A stretch of 64,000 bases of DNA, taken from an uncultured bacterium (GTDB lineage: Bacteria > Pseudomonadota > Gammaproteobacteria > Burkholderiales > SG8-39). Location: the NCBI GenBank assembly GCA_965233125.1, contig CBDDRQ010000030.1, positions 16,419 through 80,418 on the forward strand, written 5' to 3'. Of the stretch, positions 29,476 through 38,252 are shown piece by piece (the stretch's first letter is position 1; each line of letters opens with the position of its first letter). Below the pieces are notes generated by a model. It was not told where the DNA came from. It did not search any database and saw only the letters and a list, made by a program, of their open reading frames with translations. The position numbers were made by a program, and so were the translations under genes.

Positions 29476-29748
29476 CTAGTTCTTCCGGATCCGACCGTAG
29501 GCGTGCCCTACGGTTACGACCGTGCCGTCCTGCGCCACCACAGCATAGGAATCGAACAACTCGTGGAAGCGGCGCAGCAGGATGTCCCCTTTTTCGCGCC
29601 GGATACGCTTTCGGCTCTCTTTGTCGAAGAACCTGATGCGTGCTCCATGGTGGTCATGGACGGTAGCCCCGTACTGTAGCAACAGCTCGACGATGAGCGG
29701 GGGAACGCCGCGCTGCTGCATACGGACTCGAGCGTGATCGGAATACAT
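29476..29748 (-). CDS. DUF4258-like small protein (90 aa)
   Basis: MYSDHARVRMQQRGVPPLIVELLL... matches the HA..R..eRgI opening of DUF4258 proteins. Only 10 nt downstream of the preceding gene. Confidence 0.55.
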   Translation of the reverse strand: MYSDHARVRMQQRGVPPLIVELLLQYGATVHDHHGARIRFFDKESRKRIRREKGDILLRRFHELFDSYAVVAQDGTVVTVGHAYGRIRKN

Positions 29749-29758
29749 GGCGACCCGT

Positions 29759-30784
29759 CTATTCGTAGGGGCGCGGGCTGACTCGCCGACCGAAAGGCCT
29801 GCGAACGTGCCGCTGCGCCATGCTTTCGATGCCGGCGTTCGGGAAACCCATGCCGATGTCGACTTCGAGATCAAATCCACAGAAGTGGACAACCCGCCCC
29901 TCGAGGACCAGCGCGGCGCCAACACAGGTCTCGTCCTCCAGGCGCACGTCCTCGCCGAGCCCGAGAGCCGCAAACCGCGCCTGACGTACGGTGGCGAGTC
30001 GAGCCAAGAACCGCTCGGCGTCATTGGCGGTGGGCACCGCATAGACAGGCGTGAAGTAGTCGATGGCGTCGAGCGCGAAGCCGGAAGCGATCTTTTCCAG
30101 ATATGTTGCGCAAGTGCTGTCGGCATCGAACAGCTCGGCACCAACGAAACGGCCGTTGATAGCGAAGAGAGCGCCGACCTGCCCTGGCCGCCACTGCGCG
30201 GCCCTCGCGTACTCGCGGAGGTCACGCTCGCGGCGTTCATAGATGCCAGACATTGCGCCGGTGGTTGAGCGCGAACCGAGCCGGTCGGCCTTTCCGGCGA
30301 GGTCGGCCCAGATCTCCATTTGCTCGGCAGCCGCGACGCCTTGGCAGGCCAGGTTGCGGCTCACCTGAACCGCCTTTTTGGCGCGAAGCCCTGCGTACAA
30401 CGTCTGGCCGGCATCGCGGAATTGAGCAGAGTCGTACCGCCAGCGTCCTTGCTCTACGCAAGAGACGGGAATCGCGATCTCGCTATGCGCGGGCGCAAGG
30501 ATCGTGAGGTTGATTATCCGGTTCTGCTTGCAGCCGATGAGCTGCTCCCCATCGACGAGAAGGAGAGGCTGGTCGACCTTGTTGATCAGCGAGAGCTTTG
30601 GAACGCTTCCGCCCTCCGAGACCTCCTTCACCAGCGCAATGCCAGTCCGGATAGCCTCGGTCAGGACCATGTACCTTGCCGCCCCCGTCGGCTGGCGTGA
30701 GAGGAGCGGAAAAACGGTGAAATTGCGGGCCTTGGACGGCTCGCCGAGCACTACTTGACTTAACGCTTCTTTGATTTCGTTCAT
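29759..30784 (-). CDS. ARPP-1-like (DUF6569-type) protein, function unknown
   Basis: NFTVFPLL near the N-terminus, then LLLVDGEQLIGCKQNRIINLT and PVSCVEQGRW. I recall these as hallmarks of the ARPP-1 family. The family name is from memory only. Confidence 0.5.
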   Translation of the reverse strand: MNEIKEALSQVVLGEPSKARNFTVFPLLSRQPTGAARYMVLTEAIRTGIALVKEVSEGGSVPKLSLINKVDQPLLLVDGEQLIGCKQNRIINLTILAPAHSEIAIPVSCVEQGRWRYDSAQFRDAGQTLYAGLRAKKAVQVSRNLACQGVAAAEQMEIWADLAGKADRLGSRSTTGAMSGIYERRERDLREYARAAQWRPGQVGALFAINGRFVGAELFDADSTCATYLEKIASGFALDAIDYFTPVYAVPTANDAERFLARLATVRQARFAALGLGEDVRLEDETCVGAALVLEGRVVHFCGFDLEVDIGMGFPNAGIESMAQRHVRRPFGRRVSPRPYE

Positions 30785-30868
30785 GGCCTCACCCAGTTCG
30801 TTGGCAACTGACGCTTCCGTCGCTTCCGGGTAAGACGAGTCGGGCCTTGGCGTTTATTACAACCCGAC

Positions 30869-32206
30869 CTACTTATTGTTCTGCCCCCTATCAGCAAGGT
30901 ATGCGTCCAGGGACGCGCGGGCGCTCACCAAGGGACCGCGTCGTACTGGCGCAAGGCGGGTACGGAGGTCTTGAAGCACATCGAGACCGAGCCGGTCGAG
31001 CAGTGTGTTGTCCAGGGTCGGAAAGTCCTGCTGATAAAAGAATATCGGCCGCGTCTTGTCCCGCGCTGCCGCCTTTAATTGCTCCTCGGGACTGAGAGTC
31101 CTGAACTGCGCCAACACTTCTTCCCTGTTTTTTTCGTTCGCAGCGCGGTGGACCTTACGCTCCTCAGTTTCCCTGCTCCGCTTTTCCTTCAATGCTGCGT
31201 CTTCCGCGGTCCTAATGCGTGCGCGCCTTGCTCGGGGTGATTCCTCCCTGATGTCCAAGCGTATTTCCCAAGGCTCCGATTCACCAATCCTTATCGTAAG
31301 CCGCTCGCACGCCGGCGCCACCTCGAGCGAAATATTGCCGTGCGCGTCGGTTCTTCCGCTATGGAGCACCGATCCTGTCTCATCGAGCTCCTGAAGTTCG
31401 ACATCGCTGGCCGGACGGGCGTGAATCATGTCGACAGCGCTAAGGTCGAGGTGGAGCCGACCCTGACTAAGCCTGGAAGAAGCTCTCAAAAGGACATCTC
31501 CGGCACGTATGTTTCCAGGATCGACCGATAGTCGCGCAAGGGAACGCTTCGCGGCCGCGGGCACGGACAACGCGGCAAACAGAGATTTCGCGTCACGTGC
31601 AGGCGCCGACTCCGAAGCTGAACCTAAGGGGCGAAGATCGGCGTAAAAGGCAAGGTCTTTCGATGGCGATTCGTATGCAGGTCCACTTGATTCAGCCACT
31701 GTCCCCATGCGCAATAGGTCCCTCAATGTTTCGCCCTGTTGTTCCAAATCGCCCTTGCGCGGGCGGAATGCCGCCGTTACCGAATCGAACGCCTTCTGCA
31801 GAACAAGCGCACCGAGGCTGCGCTTCGGCAGCATACGTGGACCTGTCTTCGCGATGCGTTCGAGCAAGACCTTCGAGGGTGACAGTTGCTCGTGCACATG
31901 AAGGAACTTTGCGAAGCATTGATCGCATCGTTGCAGATGTTCGTGCGCAGCGAAGAAGGCATTGGGGTCCGCATCAGCACCTTCGTAAGCAGATGCGTGG
32001 TAGCGGTCAATGGCGCTATCGGGAAGGTGCGGCCGTTGCGCCACCCCTCCTTTTTGCATCAACTGGCTTAGGATCAACGAATCGGCGAGCTGCAGTTTGC
32101 ATTGAGAGCACTCCGCAACGTGAACCATCAGAGAAAAGTGCGCCCTCCGTCCACGCCGGATCGACGCGAGCTCGGCCGGGCTGATGTGTTCGGCGCGAAA
32201 GCCCAT
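30869..32206 (-). CDS. putative cytoplasmic zinc-binding anti-sigma factor-like protein
   Basis: Two H-x3-C-x2-C (ZAS) motifs, HVAECSQC and HLQRCDQC, lie in the first ~110 aa. No obvious transmembrane helix. Sits 57 nt downstream of the ECF sigma gene. Confidence 0.5.
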   Translation of the reverse strand: MGFRAEHISPAELASIRRGRRAHFSLMVHVAECSQCKLQLADSLILSQLMQKGGVAQRPHLPDSAIDRYHASAYEGADADPNAFFAAHEHLQRCDQCFAKFLHVHEQLSPSKVLLERIAKTGPRMLPKRSLGALVLQKAFDSVTAAFRPRKGDLEQQGETLRDLLRMGTVAESSGPAYESPSKDLAFYADLRPLGSASESAPARDAKSLFAALSVPAAAKRSLARLSVDPGNIRAGDVLLRASSRLSQGRLHLDLSAVDMIHARPASDVELQELDETGSVLHSGRTDAHGNISLEVAPACERLTIRIGESEPWEIRLDIREESPRARRARIRTAEDAALKEKRSRETEERKVHRAANEKNREEVLAQFRTLSPEEQLKAAARDKTRPIFFYQQDFPTLDNTLLDRLGLDVLQDLRTRLAPVRRGPLVSARASLDAYLADRGQNNK

Positions 32207-32263
32207 GTTCTAGGACCTAAACGTAGGTAGACGGGTCATGGGCGGGCTTTATTACAGGGGGTT

Positions 32264-32848
32264 TCACAGATACTCCATTAAGGCCGGATAAGCCTGGCGG
32301 ATGACCACCGCCAGTCGTTGGCGTGCCCGCAGGACCCGCACGCCGACGTTATTTACCGTGATGTCCAGGCGCCCTGCCGCCTCGGCATAGGTCAATCCGT
32401 CAAGGTCCACAAGTCGGAGTATGTCTTGGTCGGCGGGGGCCAGGCGACTCATCGCCTCGCTCATCATTCGCCGCTGCTCGGCCAGCAACGCTGCGGCGTC
32501 CGGTCCCGGATTGGGGTCGGGGACAAAAACCTCCTCGTCCTCACCTTCGCCATCGATGGTGACGTGGTCCTCGGGCCGGCGGGCGCGCAGGGCGTCGATT
32601 GCGGCATGCCTGGTCATTCGCCTCAGGTAGGCGGCCAAGCTGCCACCCTGCCAGGCTCGAAGCGCACGCTGGTTGTTCTCTAGGAGGCGTTGAAAGACGA
32701 CCTGGGCCAGGTCGTCGGCATCCTCCCTGGAAAGCTGCCTGAACCGCCTGAGCGCGGCGTAAATGACGGTGCCGTAACGGTGGACAAATTCGTTGAACGC
32801 CGCCTCGTCTCCATCGAGGATCCGCTCAACGAGTTCCCCTTCCCCCAT
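32264..32848 (-). CDS. ECF-type RNA polymerase sigma-70 family factor
   Basis: Region 2 (FNEFVHRYGTVIYAALRRF...DADDLAQVVFQRLLEN) and region 4 HTH (LDGLTYAEAAGRLDITVNNVGVRVLRARQRL). 194 aa. Confidence 0.85.
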   Translation of the reverse strand: MGEGELVERILDGDEAAFNEFVHRYGTVIYAALRRFRQLSREDADDLAQVVFQRLLENNQRALRAWQGGSLAAYLRRMTRHAAIDALRARRPEDHVTIDGEGEDEEVFVPDPNPGPDAAALLAEQRRMMSEAMSRLAPADQDILRLVDLDGLTYAEAAGRLDITVNNVGVRVLRARQRLAVVIRQAYPALMEYL

Positions 32849-33422
32849 GCGCCAAAGCTTCGCCTAATCCCGGTTTCCGGGCAAGACAACCCGCGAGCAA
32901 TAGATCACCTCACATGCTCGTCTTCGGGAAAGGCGGGCGTAGAAAAGAACCATATGATCCTCAAGCGGTTGCCGAGAAAATCCACCGGGTGTACGCGGGC
33001 GCGCTGCAGAAAGGACATAGACCTCCGGCGGCTCCCACCGAATAGCTCTGCCTCGGATCAGGCGCTCAGTTGCCGAGATGTGGGGCAGACCAACGAACTC
33101 CTTGAGGATGAGAGCCAGCGGCGCGCCTTCCCGGGAGGGACACGGTTCCGCATCGTCACCTACCGCGCCGTGGCAGAACGGCGGCCCGTCCCAGTCTAAT
33201 CGCCACGCAATGCGTCAGGCGACTTTTCGACCCCCTATGGGCCGCTCCGTGCGCACGAGGGAACCTATCGTTGGGGCTCGATGGGACCCACAAGCCTCAC
33301 AGGGGTAGGCCCCCATCCGGCATACCACCGTTCGCCTTACATACCCACAAGCAGCTCATTGAACTTTCTTCCGTTCAGGAGTGTCTCTGGAGCACAAGTC
33401 AGACCAATGAAATGGAGGGGCA

Positions 33423-33746
33423 ATGGAAATCATCATCGAGACATTCCGCGCCCGAGGGGAACCTTCGAGCAGCGAGATCCGCGCACGGCCGGCCCCAGGT
33501 CAGGGGCTATCCAGAGACCTGCGAGTCGAGTGCTCGAAAAACATGCGCCAAAGCCATCCTGTCGGGACCTTTTTTAAGGTGTGGGCGCAGCTAACCGACA
33601 GACAAGGGACACGCTTTCTTTACTCCAACTGGCGAGATCCCTACAAGGTCCTAACAGCAGCGGAAGCCAAGGCGTTCATAAGGCGTCAATACGCGACCAG
33701 GAGGAAATACCCGAAGGACATGCGCGCTGAAGCGCCACGAGCGTGA
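33423..33746 (+). CDS. hypothetical protein (107 aa)
   Basis: ATG is preceded by GGAGGGG. Composition is plausible. No motif recognised. Confidence 0.45.
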   Translation: MEIIIETFRARGEPSSSEIRARPAPGQGLSRDLRVECSKNMRQSHPVGTFFKVWAQLTDRQGTRFLYSNWRDPYKVLTAAEAKAFIRRQYATRRKYPKDMRAEAPRA

Positions 33747-33752
33747 CCGCAA

Positions 33753-33923
33753 ATGGCGAAGCTTCGTCATACTGCTCCTCCGGTAGATCTAACGCACATC
33801 CAAGCCCCGTACTTGGGACGCCGAGAGAAGGATGTCGTCACCAAGCGCTTGGATAAGTGGGAAGCCGACAAGCTCCGCGAGTTGTACCGGGACCTGTTGC
33901 GGCGCCGAAGCAACCAATCATAG
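33753..33923 (+). CDS. possible small ORF (56 aa), below the ORF-track cut-off
   Basis: Read directly from the DNA: MAKLRHTAPPVDLTHIQAPYLGRREKDVVTKRLDKWEADKLRELYRDLLRRRSNQS. Starts 7 nt after the previous stop. Confidence 0.3.
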   Translation: MAKLRHTAPPVDLTHIQAPYLGRREKDVVTKRLDKWEADKLRELYRDLLRRRSNQS

Positions 33924-34198
33924 GCGTGGCCGACAACGGACCCAGTTGTACGAACGCAACACCGAGTAACTCTGTTGTTACCAACACCATCCCAGCGACC
34001 GCATACAGGCGAGCATCCCCGATGGCTGTATTGTTGGGTATCGGACCTGATATCAGCGTTCCGCCTGCTTTTTCGCTGGTTTCTCGGATCGAGGAAGAAG
34101 TCGGGCAGCCGCGTGCAAAAGCAGGTGAGTTGCTAGACGCACCGATGCCGGATGCGTGGTTGGGAACGAATAACCGGTCTGATTGAGACCCGCCGAAC

Positions 34199-34864
34199 TT
34201 GAGTCGCGCAAACGCTCCGCAAATTGACGGGTCTTATGCGCTCTCCTCGATGGGGGAGCGGGAGCGCCGGCGAGCCGATCTGTACCTGCCACATATGGGG
34301 CCGCTCACCGCGTTCGTGGAAGCGATCAGGGTGGAAAGCGGCTTCGGTACCAAAGTACCACTCTTCGATCCGCGCGACGGCGGCACTGACGCGCAGGCCC
34401 TGTTCTTGTTGGAGGCTCCAGGACCGAAGGCAGTGAAAAGTGGCTTCATATCCCGCGACAACCCTGACCCGTCCGCACAGAACTTTCGTGCTCTTCTAGC
34501 GGACGCTGGAATCCCACGCGAGGCAACGGTGCTGTGGAACATCGTGCCCTGGTACATCGGTACAGGAGTGAAAATTCGGGCCGCGACGAGTCGAGACATC
34601 GAAGCTGGCATCACTTACCTACCGCGTCTGCTGGCGCTGTTACCCGCGATGCGCGCGGTCGTGCTCGTTGGCCGCAAGGCGCAGAAGGCGCACGATGCCG
34701 TTTCCCGCCTTACCGGAGCACGCTTGTTCCGCACGCTGCACCCGAGCAATCAGGTCGTGAGCTGCTGGCCGGAGAGGCTGAAGGAACTCCAGGCAGACCT
34801 ATTGGCTTTGAGTAGCTATCTCGCTTCGCTGCCTGCGTTGCCCTCGGCGGTGGTCCGAGCGTAG
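34199..34864 (+). CDS. uracil-DNA glycosylase superfamily protein
   Basis: Motif-A-like LFLLEAPGP and motif-B-like LHPSNQ at the expected spacing. The track start is TTG, and an ATG alternative lies at 34250. Confidence 0.55.
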   Translation: MSRANAPQIDGSYALSSMGERERRRADLYLPHMGPLTAFVEAIRVESGFGTKVPLFDPRDGGTDAQALFLLEAPGPKAVKSGFISRDNPDPSAQNFRALLADAGIPREATVLWNIVPWYIGTGVKIRAATSRDIEAGITYLPRLLALLPAMRAVVLVGRKAQKAHDAVSRLTGARLFRTLHPSNQVVSCWPERLKELQADLLALSSYLASLPALPSAVVRA

Positions 34865-34912
34865 CGCACGCATAGCTATCTTAAGTGCCTCTACCCTTCG
34901 GTTGGAGGATCA

Positions 34913-36025
34913 ATGGCGCAGCAATTCACACGAACTGCCCTTTACGAACTGGTTTGGTCTCAGCCATTGCGTACGCTAGCAAAAAGCATTGGCGTTTCCG
35001 ATGTGGCAATCGCTAAGAGGTGCCGGGAGGCGAATATTCCACTACCGGGCATCGGCTACTGGGCGAAGAAAGAGGCCGGCAAGAAGGTGTTGCAGGTGAA
35101 TTTGCCGCCGCGCGCACTAGGTCAATCTGACACAGTTAAGTTCGGCAGACGGCACTATTACGAGCGCGGTCCAGCGGACGCAGAGCTGATTGACATGGTG
35201 CTACCCCCGCCGCCGTCGTTCGAGGAAAGCATGGAGGAGGTAAGGGCTCGAGCTCAGGCAATCGCGGTCAAGGTGCGGGCTTCGTCACTTGGCCGGCTGC
35301 ATCCAGCAGCCGCAAAGCTCCTCGAGCAGGATGAAGTTAGGCGAAAGAAGTATGCAGAGTACAAGTCATCCTGGTACGCGCCGATCTTTGACCAGCCACA
35401 CGAGAAGCGTCGGCTCCGGGTTCTGAACAGCATTCTCAACGCGCTCGCTTCAATAGGATGTACGTGTTCGGCGAACGCTAAGGATGGCTACGAGCTTCAC
35501 GTGGTCGTCGGCGACCAACGGCTGAGCTCGTCGCTGGCGCCCAAAGGATTCGACCGCCAAAGGCATTCCCCGGGGAACCTTGCACCAAACAACGGCAAGC
35601 TAATACTGCAGATCCAGTGGTACTGGCCGGCGGAGACAACGACATCGTGGTCGGACGTAGACAGGCCCTTGGAGAAACGCCTTCCCGAGATAGTTACGGG
35701 CCTGTTGGTGGCTGCGGAGTGGGGTTACAGGGAAGGCCTAATGCGAGCGCACAGCTACCTGGTGGAGCGCAAGGCTGAGGCTATTGAGAAGCGGAATCGG
35801 CAGATTGAGGAGGCCGCGCGCCAGGAACGCGAGCGGATAGAACGTGAAGCTAAGAAGCGGTTTGAAGCTCTGCTGTCGGACGTAAGGGCGTGGCGTACTG
35901 CCACAGAGATCCGGGCGTATGTTGAAGTCAGGATGGCTAGCACGCCGCGGGACCAGGGGCTAAACGAGTGGGCTGCTTGGGCGCTAGCGGAGGCTCAACG
36001 GATAGATCCGCTGCAGCGGGCCTGA
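34913..36025 (+). CDS. hypothetical protein (370 aa) with an N-terminal HTH-like segment and a C-terminal coiled coil
   Basis: TALYELVWSQPLRTLAKSIGVSDVAIAKRCREANIPLPGIGYWAKK is a recurrent conserved N-terminus of uncharacterised proteobacterial proteins. The C-terminus is E/R-rich and helical. Confidence 0.55.
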   Translation: MAQQFTRTALYELVWSQPLRTLAKSIGVSDVAIAKRCREANIPLPGIGYWAKKEAGKKVLQVNLPPRALGQSDTVKFGRRHYYERGPADAELIDMVLPPPPSFEESMEEVRARAQAIAVKVRASSLGRLHPAAAKLLEQDEVRRKKYAEYKSSWYAPIFDQPHEKRRLRVLNSILNALASIGCTCSANAKDGYELHVVVGDQRLSSSLAPKGFDRQRHSPGNLAPNNGKLILQIQWYWPAETTTSWSDVDRPLEKRLPEIVTGLLVAAEWGYREGLMRAHSYLVERKAEAIEKRNRQIEEAARQERERIEREAKKRFEALLSDVRAWRTATEIRAYVEVRMASTPRDQGLNEWAAWALAEAQRIDPLQRA

Positions 36026-36238
36026 GTTCTCTCAGTTTCCGCTTGAGGTACGGCCTGCAGCTAAGAGAGGTGTTGCGCTACTGCTTTTCAGTTGGTCCGC
36101 TTACGGCCAGTAGCGGGCGTTGCGCCGACGTACCGTTGAGCGATCGGCGCTGTCGCTTAGTCGTCACTGGCGATCTGCAAGACCGTCCGTGTGCGGGACT
36201 GGCCAGGAGCCTCTCGCTTCCTCGTGACCTTGCGGCTC

Positions 36239-36745
36239 TCAAGCTGCCCGCAGCGCGATCGCCAGCTGCGGCTGTCGCCGCCGCTTGGGACTCCCGGCAA
36301 GCAGCTCGCGGCGGACTTCCATCAGCAGCTTTCCAAGCATGTTCTTGCCGACGCCGTTGACCTCGCCCCAAAGGCGGTTCACGGGACTATCTGTAGTTGC
36401 GGACTCCACTAGGCGGGCGTCGCCTGTGGCAAGGAGGATTTCTCGAAGATCGGAGTGTTGGGAAAACTTGGCTACTAGCACGCCTCGCATCCGCGCAAAT
36501 TTTCTGGTTGACCAACCAGGAGTTACGTCCCAGTAATAAAGGCCGTGCGCCGCCATAGCAAGGAGTGAAGGCGAGGGTGCGGCCATGAGCCAATCGCGCA
36601 CCGCATCCTTCCGTGCCTTTCCGGCTTGGTATGCGTGCTCCGCTGTGGGGTATGCAACCGATTCGAAAAGGATCTCTCGGCGGTAGAGGTTGCTGAACAC
36701 TCCGTAGGGCTTTTCGCTTGCACGGTAGAAGCGGATTTCGTCCAT
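36239..36745 (-). CDS. NADAR (YbiA/DUF1768) family protein
   Basis: FSNLY...FESVAYPTAEHAYQAGK and NRLWGEVNGVGKNMLGKLLMEVR match NADAR signatures. ATG at 36745 is preceded by GGAG. Confidence 0.75.
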   Translation of the reverse strand: MDEIRFYRASEKPYGVFSNLYRREILFESVAYPTAEHAYQAGKARKDAVRDWLMAAPSPSLLAMAAHGLYYWDVTPGWSTRKFARMRGVLVAKFSQHSDLREILLATGDARLVESATTDSPVNRLWGEVNGVGKNMLGKLLMEVRRELLAGSPKRRRQPQLAIALRAA

Positions 36746-36804
36746 GGCGACCGGGGCTCCATATTGCATTGCAGTTAGTATATACTGCGTTGCACATAAT
36801 GCAA
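36746..36804. promoter_or_regulatory. divergent promoter/operator region between the NADAR and HTH genes
   Basis: The minus strand reads TTGCAT-N16-TATACT, a near-consensus sigma-70 promoter upstream of the NADAR gene. A 10-bp palindrome AGTATATACT lies at 36777-36786. There are four TTGCA/TGCAA half-sites at 36764, 36769, 36790 and 36800; the last pair forms an inverted repeat over the HTH gene ATG. Confidence 0.4.
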
Positions 36805-37200
36805 CCACAAGTCACTAAACGGCGCGGGCGCCCCAAGGCAGAGACCAAGGGGGCGAAGGAGGCTATTGCAGCGATCGAGCGCAGGATGGAAGAGAAGAAG
36901 CTCTCGCGCGCAGGGCTAGCGCTGGTCCTGCAGATGAATCCGTCGAGCGTGACACGAGCCCTTAGTCAAGGGGACTCACCAGGGTGGACGCCGTCGCTTA
37001 AGCGCATTTATGGCGTTGCAATAAAGGGGAAAGGCGCGGTCGCAAAGGCGCCGCGGGGCCGAGAAGAGGCAACCCTGCAACGCCTACTGGAGACGCCGCC
37101 TGCGGCTGCAGGCGCCGTGAGGGCGATCCTGAACGATGTCCAGAGGCTGGTAGAGGCGCTCTCCGTCCCGCAGCGAGCAGTGAAACAGAAGCGCCGCTAA
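36799..37200 (+). CDS. putative HTH DNA-binding regulator (133 aa)
   Basis: Segment LSRAGLALVLQMNPSSVTRALSQ resembles an XRE/Cro-type HTH. Basic N-terminus. Divergent from the NADAR gene. Confidence 0.45.
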   Translation: MQPQVTKRRGRPKAETKGAKEAIAAIERRMEEKKLSRAGLALVLQMNPSSVTRALSQGDSPGWTPSLKRIYGVAIKGKGAVAKAPRGREEATLQRLLETPPAAAGAVRAILNDVQRLVEALSVPQRAVKQKRR

Positions 37201-38252
37201 CGACCCGAGCCTCGTCGCACAGGGCGACAGTCCGGACGGCCGCAGAGTCCCTCTTCTGGCAGAGGCAGCGGCGCGGGTTGATGGGGCAGCGCGCTATGGG
37301 CTTGCAGCGAAAACTCGTGCTCGTACATGCCTCCGCGGGCACCCACGAACCCGCAAGCCCAAGAGGCGAGAGTTTGACCGGCTCGCAACGCGTTGGCTAT
37401 CTGGTCATCGGTGACCAATCGAGTGCTCTGATCTTCCTCAACAAGCGCGGAAAGAAAACCAGCGGTACACCAGTCACCGGCGCCACACGTGTCCACCAAC
37501 CGCGCGGCTGGAACTGCGTCCATCTGTCGCCAAGAAGAACTCGCATGGTGGCCTCGAAAGCGCAGTCCCTTCTCGCCTGCCGTCTGTACCTCGATAAAGG
37601 ATAGGCGGCTTCGCAAGGTGTGCTCGAAATCTCCCGGCGAAAAACGATCGACCGAATACTTAAGAACGTCGACCATGGGCAGTGCCTCTGACCAGTATTG
37701 TGAGTCCGATGGAGTCGACGGCTCGTACATGACCAGGACGTCTAAGCCTCGAGCCAACTGCATCAGCTTCAAGGTGCTGGACGATAAGCGATCGACGAAG
37801 AGGACGTCAGGCGTCACGGCACCGAAGCTCTCCTTAGGTAGCCCTTCGTGTCGCTCGCGAAAAAGAAGCTCACCGCAAGCCGGGCACTCGGCAGGGAAGG
37901 AGTGGGTCAGGCGATTTCCGTTCGCGCCTACCACCTGTTGCAGAAAAATGGGAGTTCTAGCCTGCTCAATCGCAAGAAGGTACTCACAATTCACCCCAAT
38001 GCGCTCCAAATCGGCCAACACGCGAGCCCCTGCGACGTCGCGGCCAACAAATCCAATGGCGCTCGAATTCCAGCCCAGGTAGCACAGGATCGCCAGCACG
38101 TTCCCGCAGGTGCCACCGGCATAGACCGCGGCCTCTATGCGTGCGAGGTCACCGGTGACGACATCGAGCGCAATGAGGCCGGCGCCGACTACGGTGGGCT
38201 TCTTCTTGGTGGAAGTTTCCCCTGGGTTGGCGGACTCTTGCTTCGCGACCAT
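37197..38252 (-). CDS. PfkB (ribokinase-like) family sugar/nucleoside kinase
   Basis: N-terminal GAGLIALDVV...YAGGTCGNVLA and the C-terminal catalytic motif VDTCGAGDWCTAGF (DTxGAGD). The ATG at 38252 shares 1 nt with the upstream TAA. Confidence 0.8.
   Translation of the reverse strand: MVAKQESANPGETSTKKKPTVVGAGLIALDVVTGDLARIEAAVYAGGTCGNVLAILCYLGWNSSAIGFVGRDVAGARVLADLERIGVNCEYLLAIEQARTPIFLQQVVGANGNRLTHSFPAECPACGELLFRERHEGLPKESFGAVTPDVLFVDRLSSSTLKLMQLARGLDVLVMYEPSTPSDSQYWSEALPMVDVLKYSVDRFSPGDFEHTLRSRLSFIEVQTAGEKGLRFRGHHASSSWRQMDAVPAARLVDTCGAGDWCTAGFLSALVEEDQSTRLVTDDQIANALRAGQTLASWACGFVGARGGMYEHEFSLQAHSALPHQPAPLPLPEEGLCGRPDCRPVRRGSGR

Noticed and set aside
32849-32900. Possible ECF-type autoregulatory promoter (GGAAAC ... 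) upstream of the sigma gene
   Set aside because: Only a loose GGAAC-like match was found, placed too close to the ATG and without a convincing -10 CGT element.
32690-33199. 169-aa plus-strand ORF upstream of and antisense to the ECF sigma gene
   Set aside because: Its first third is antisense to the sigma gene 5' end. The composition is unconvincing, with no RBS and no motif.
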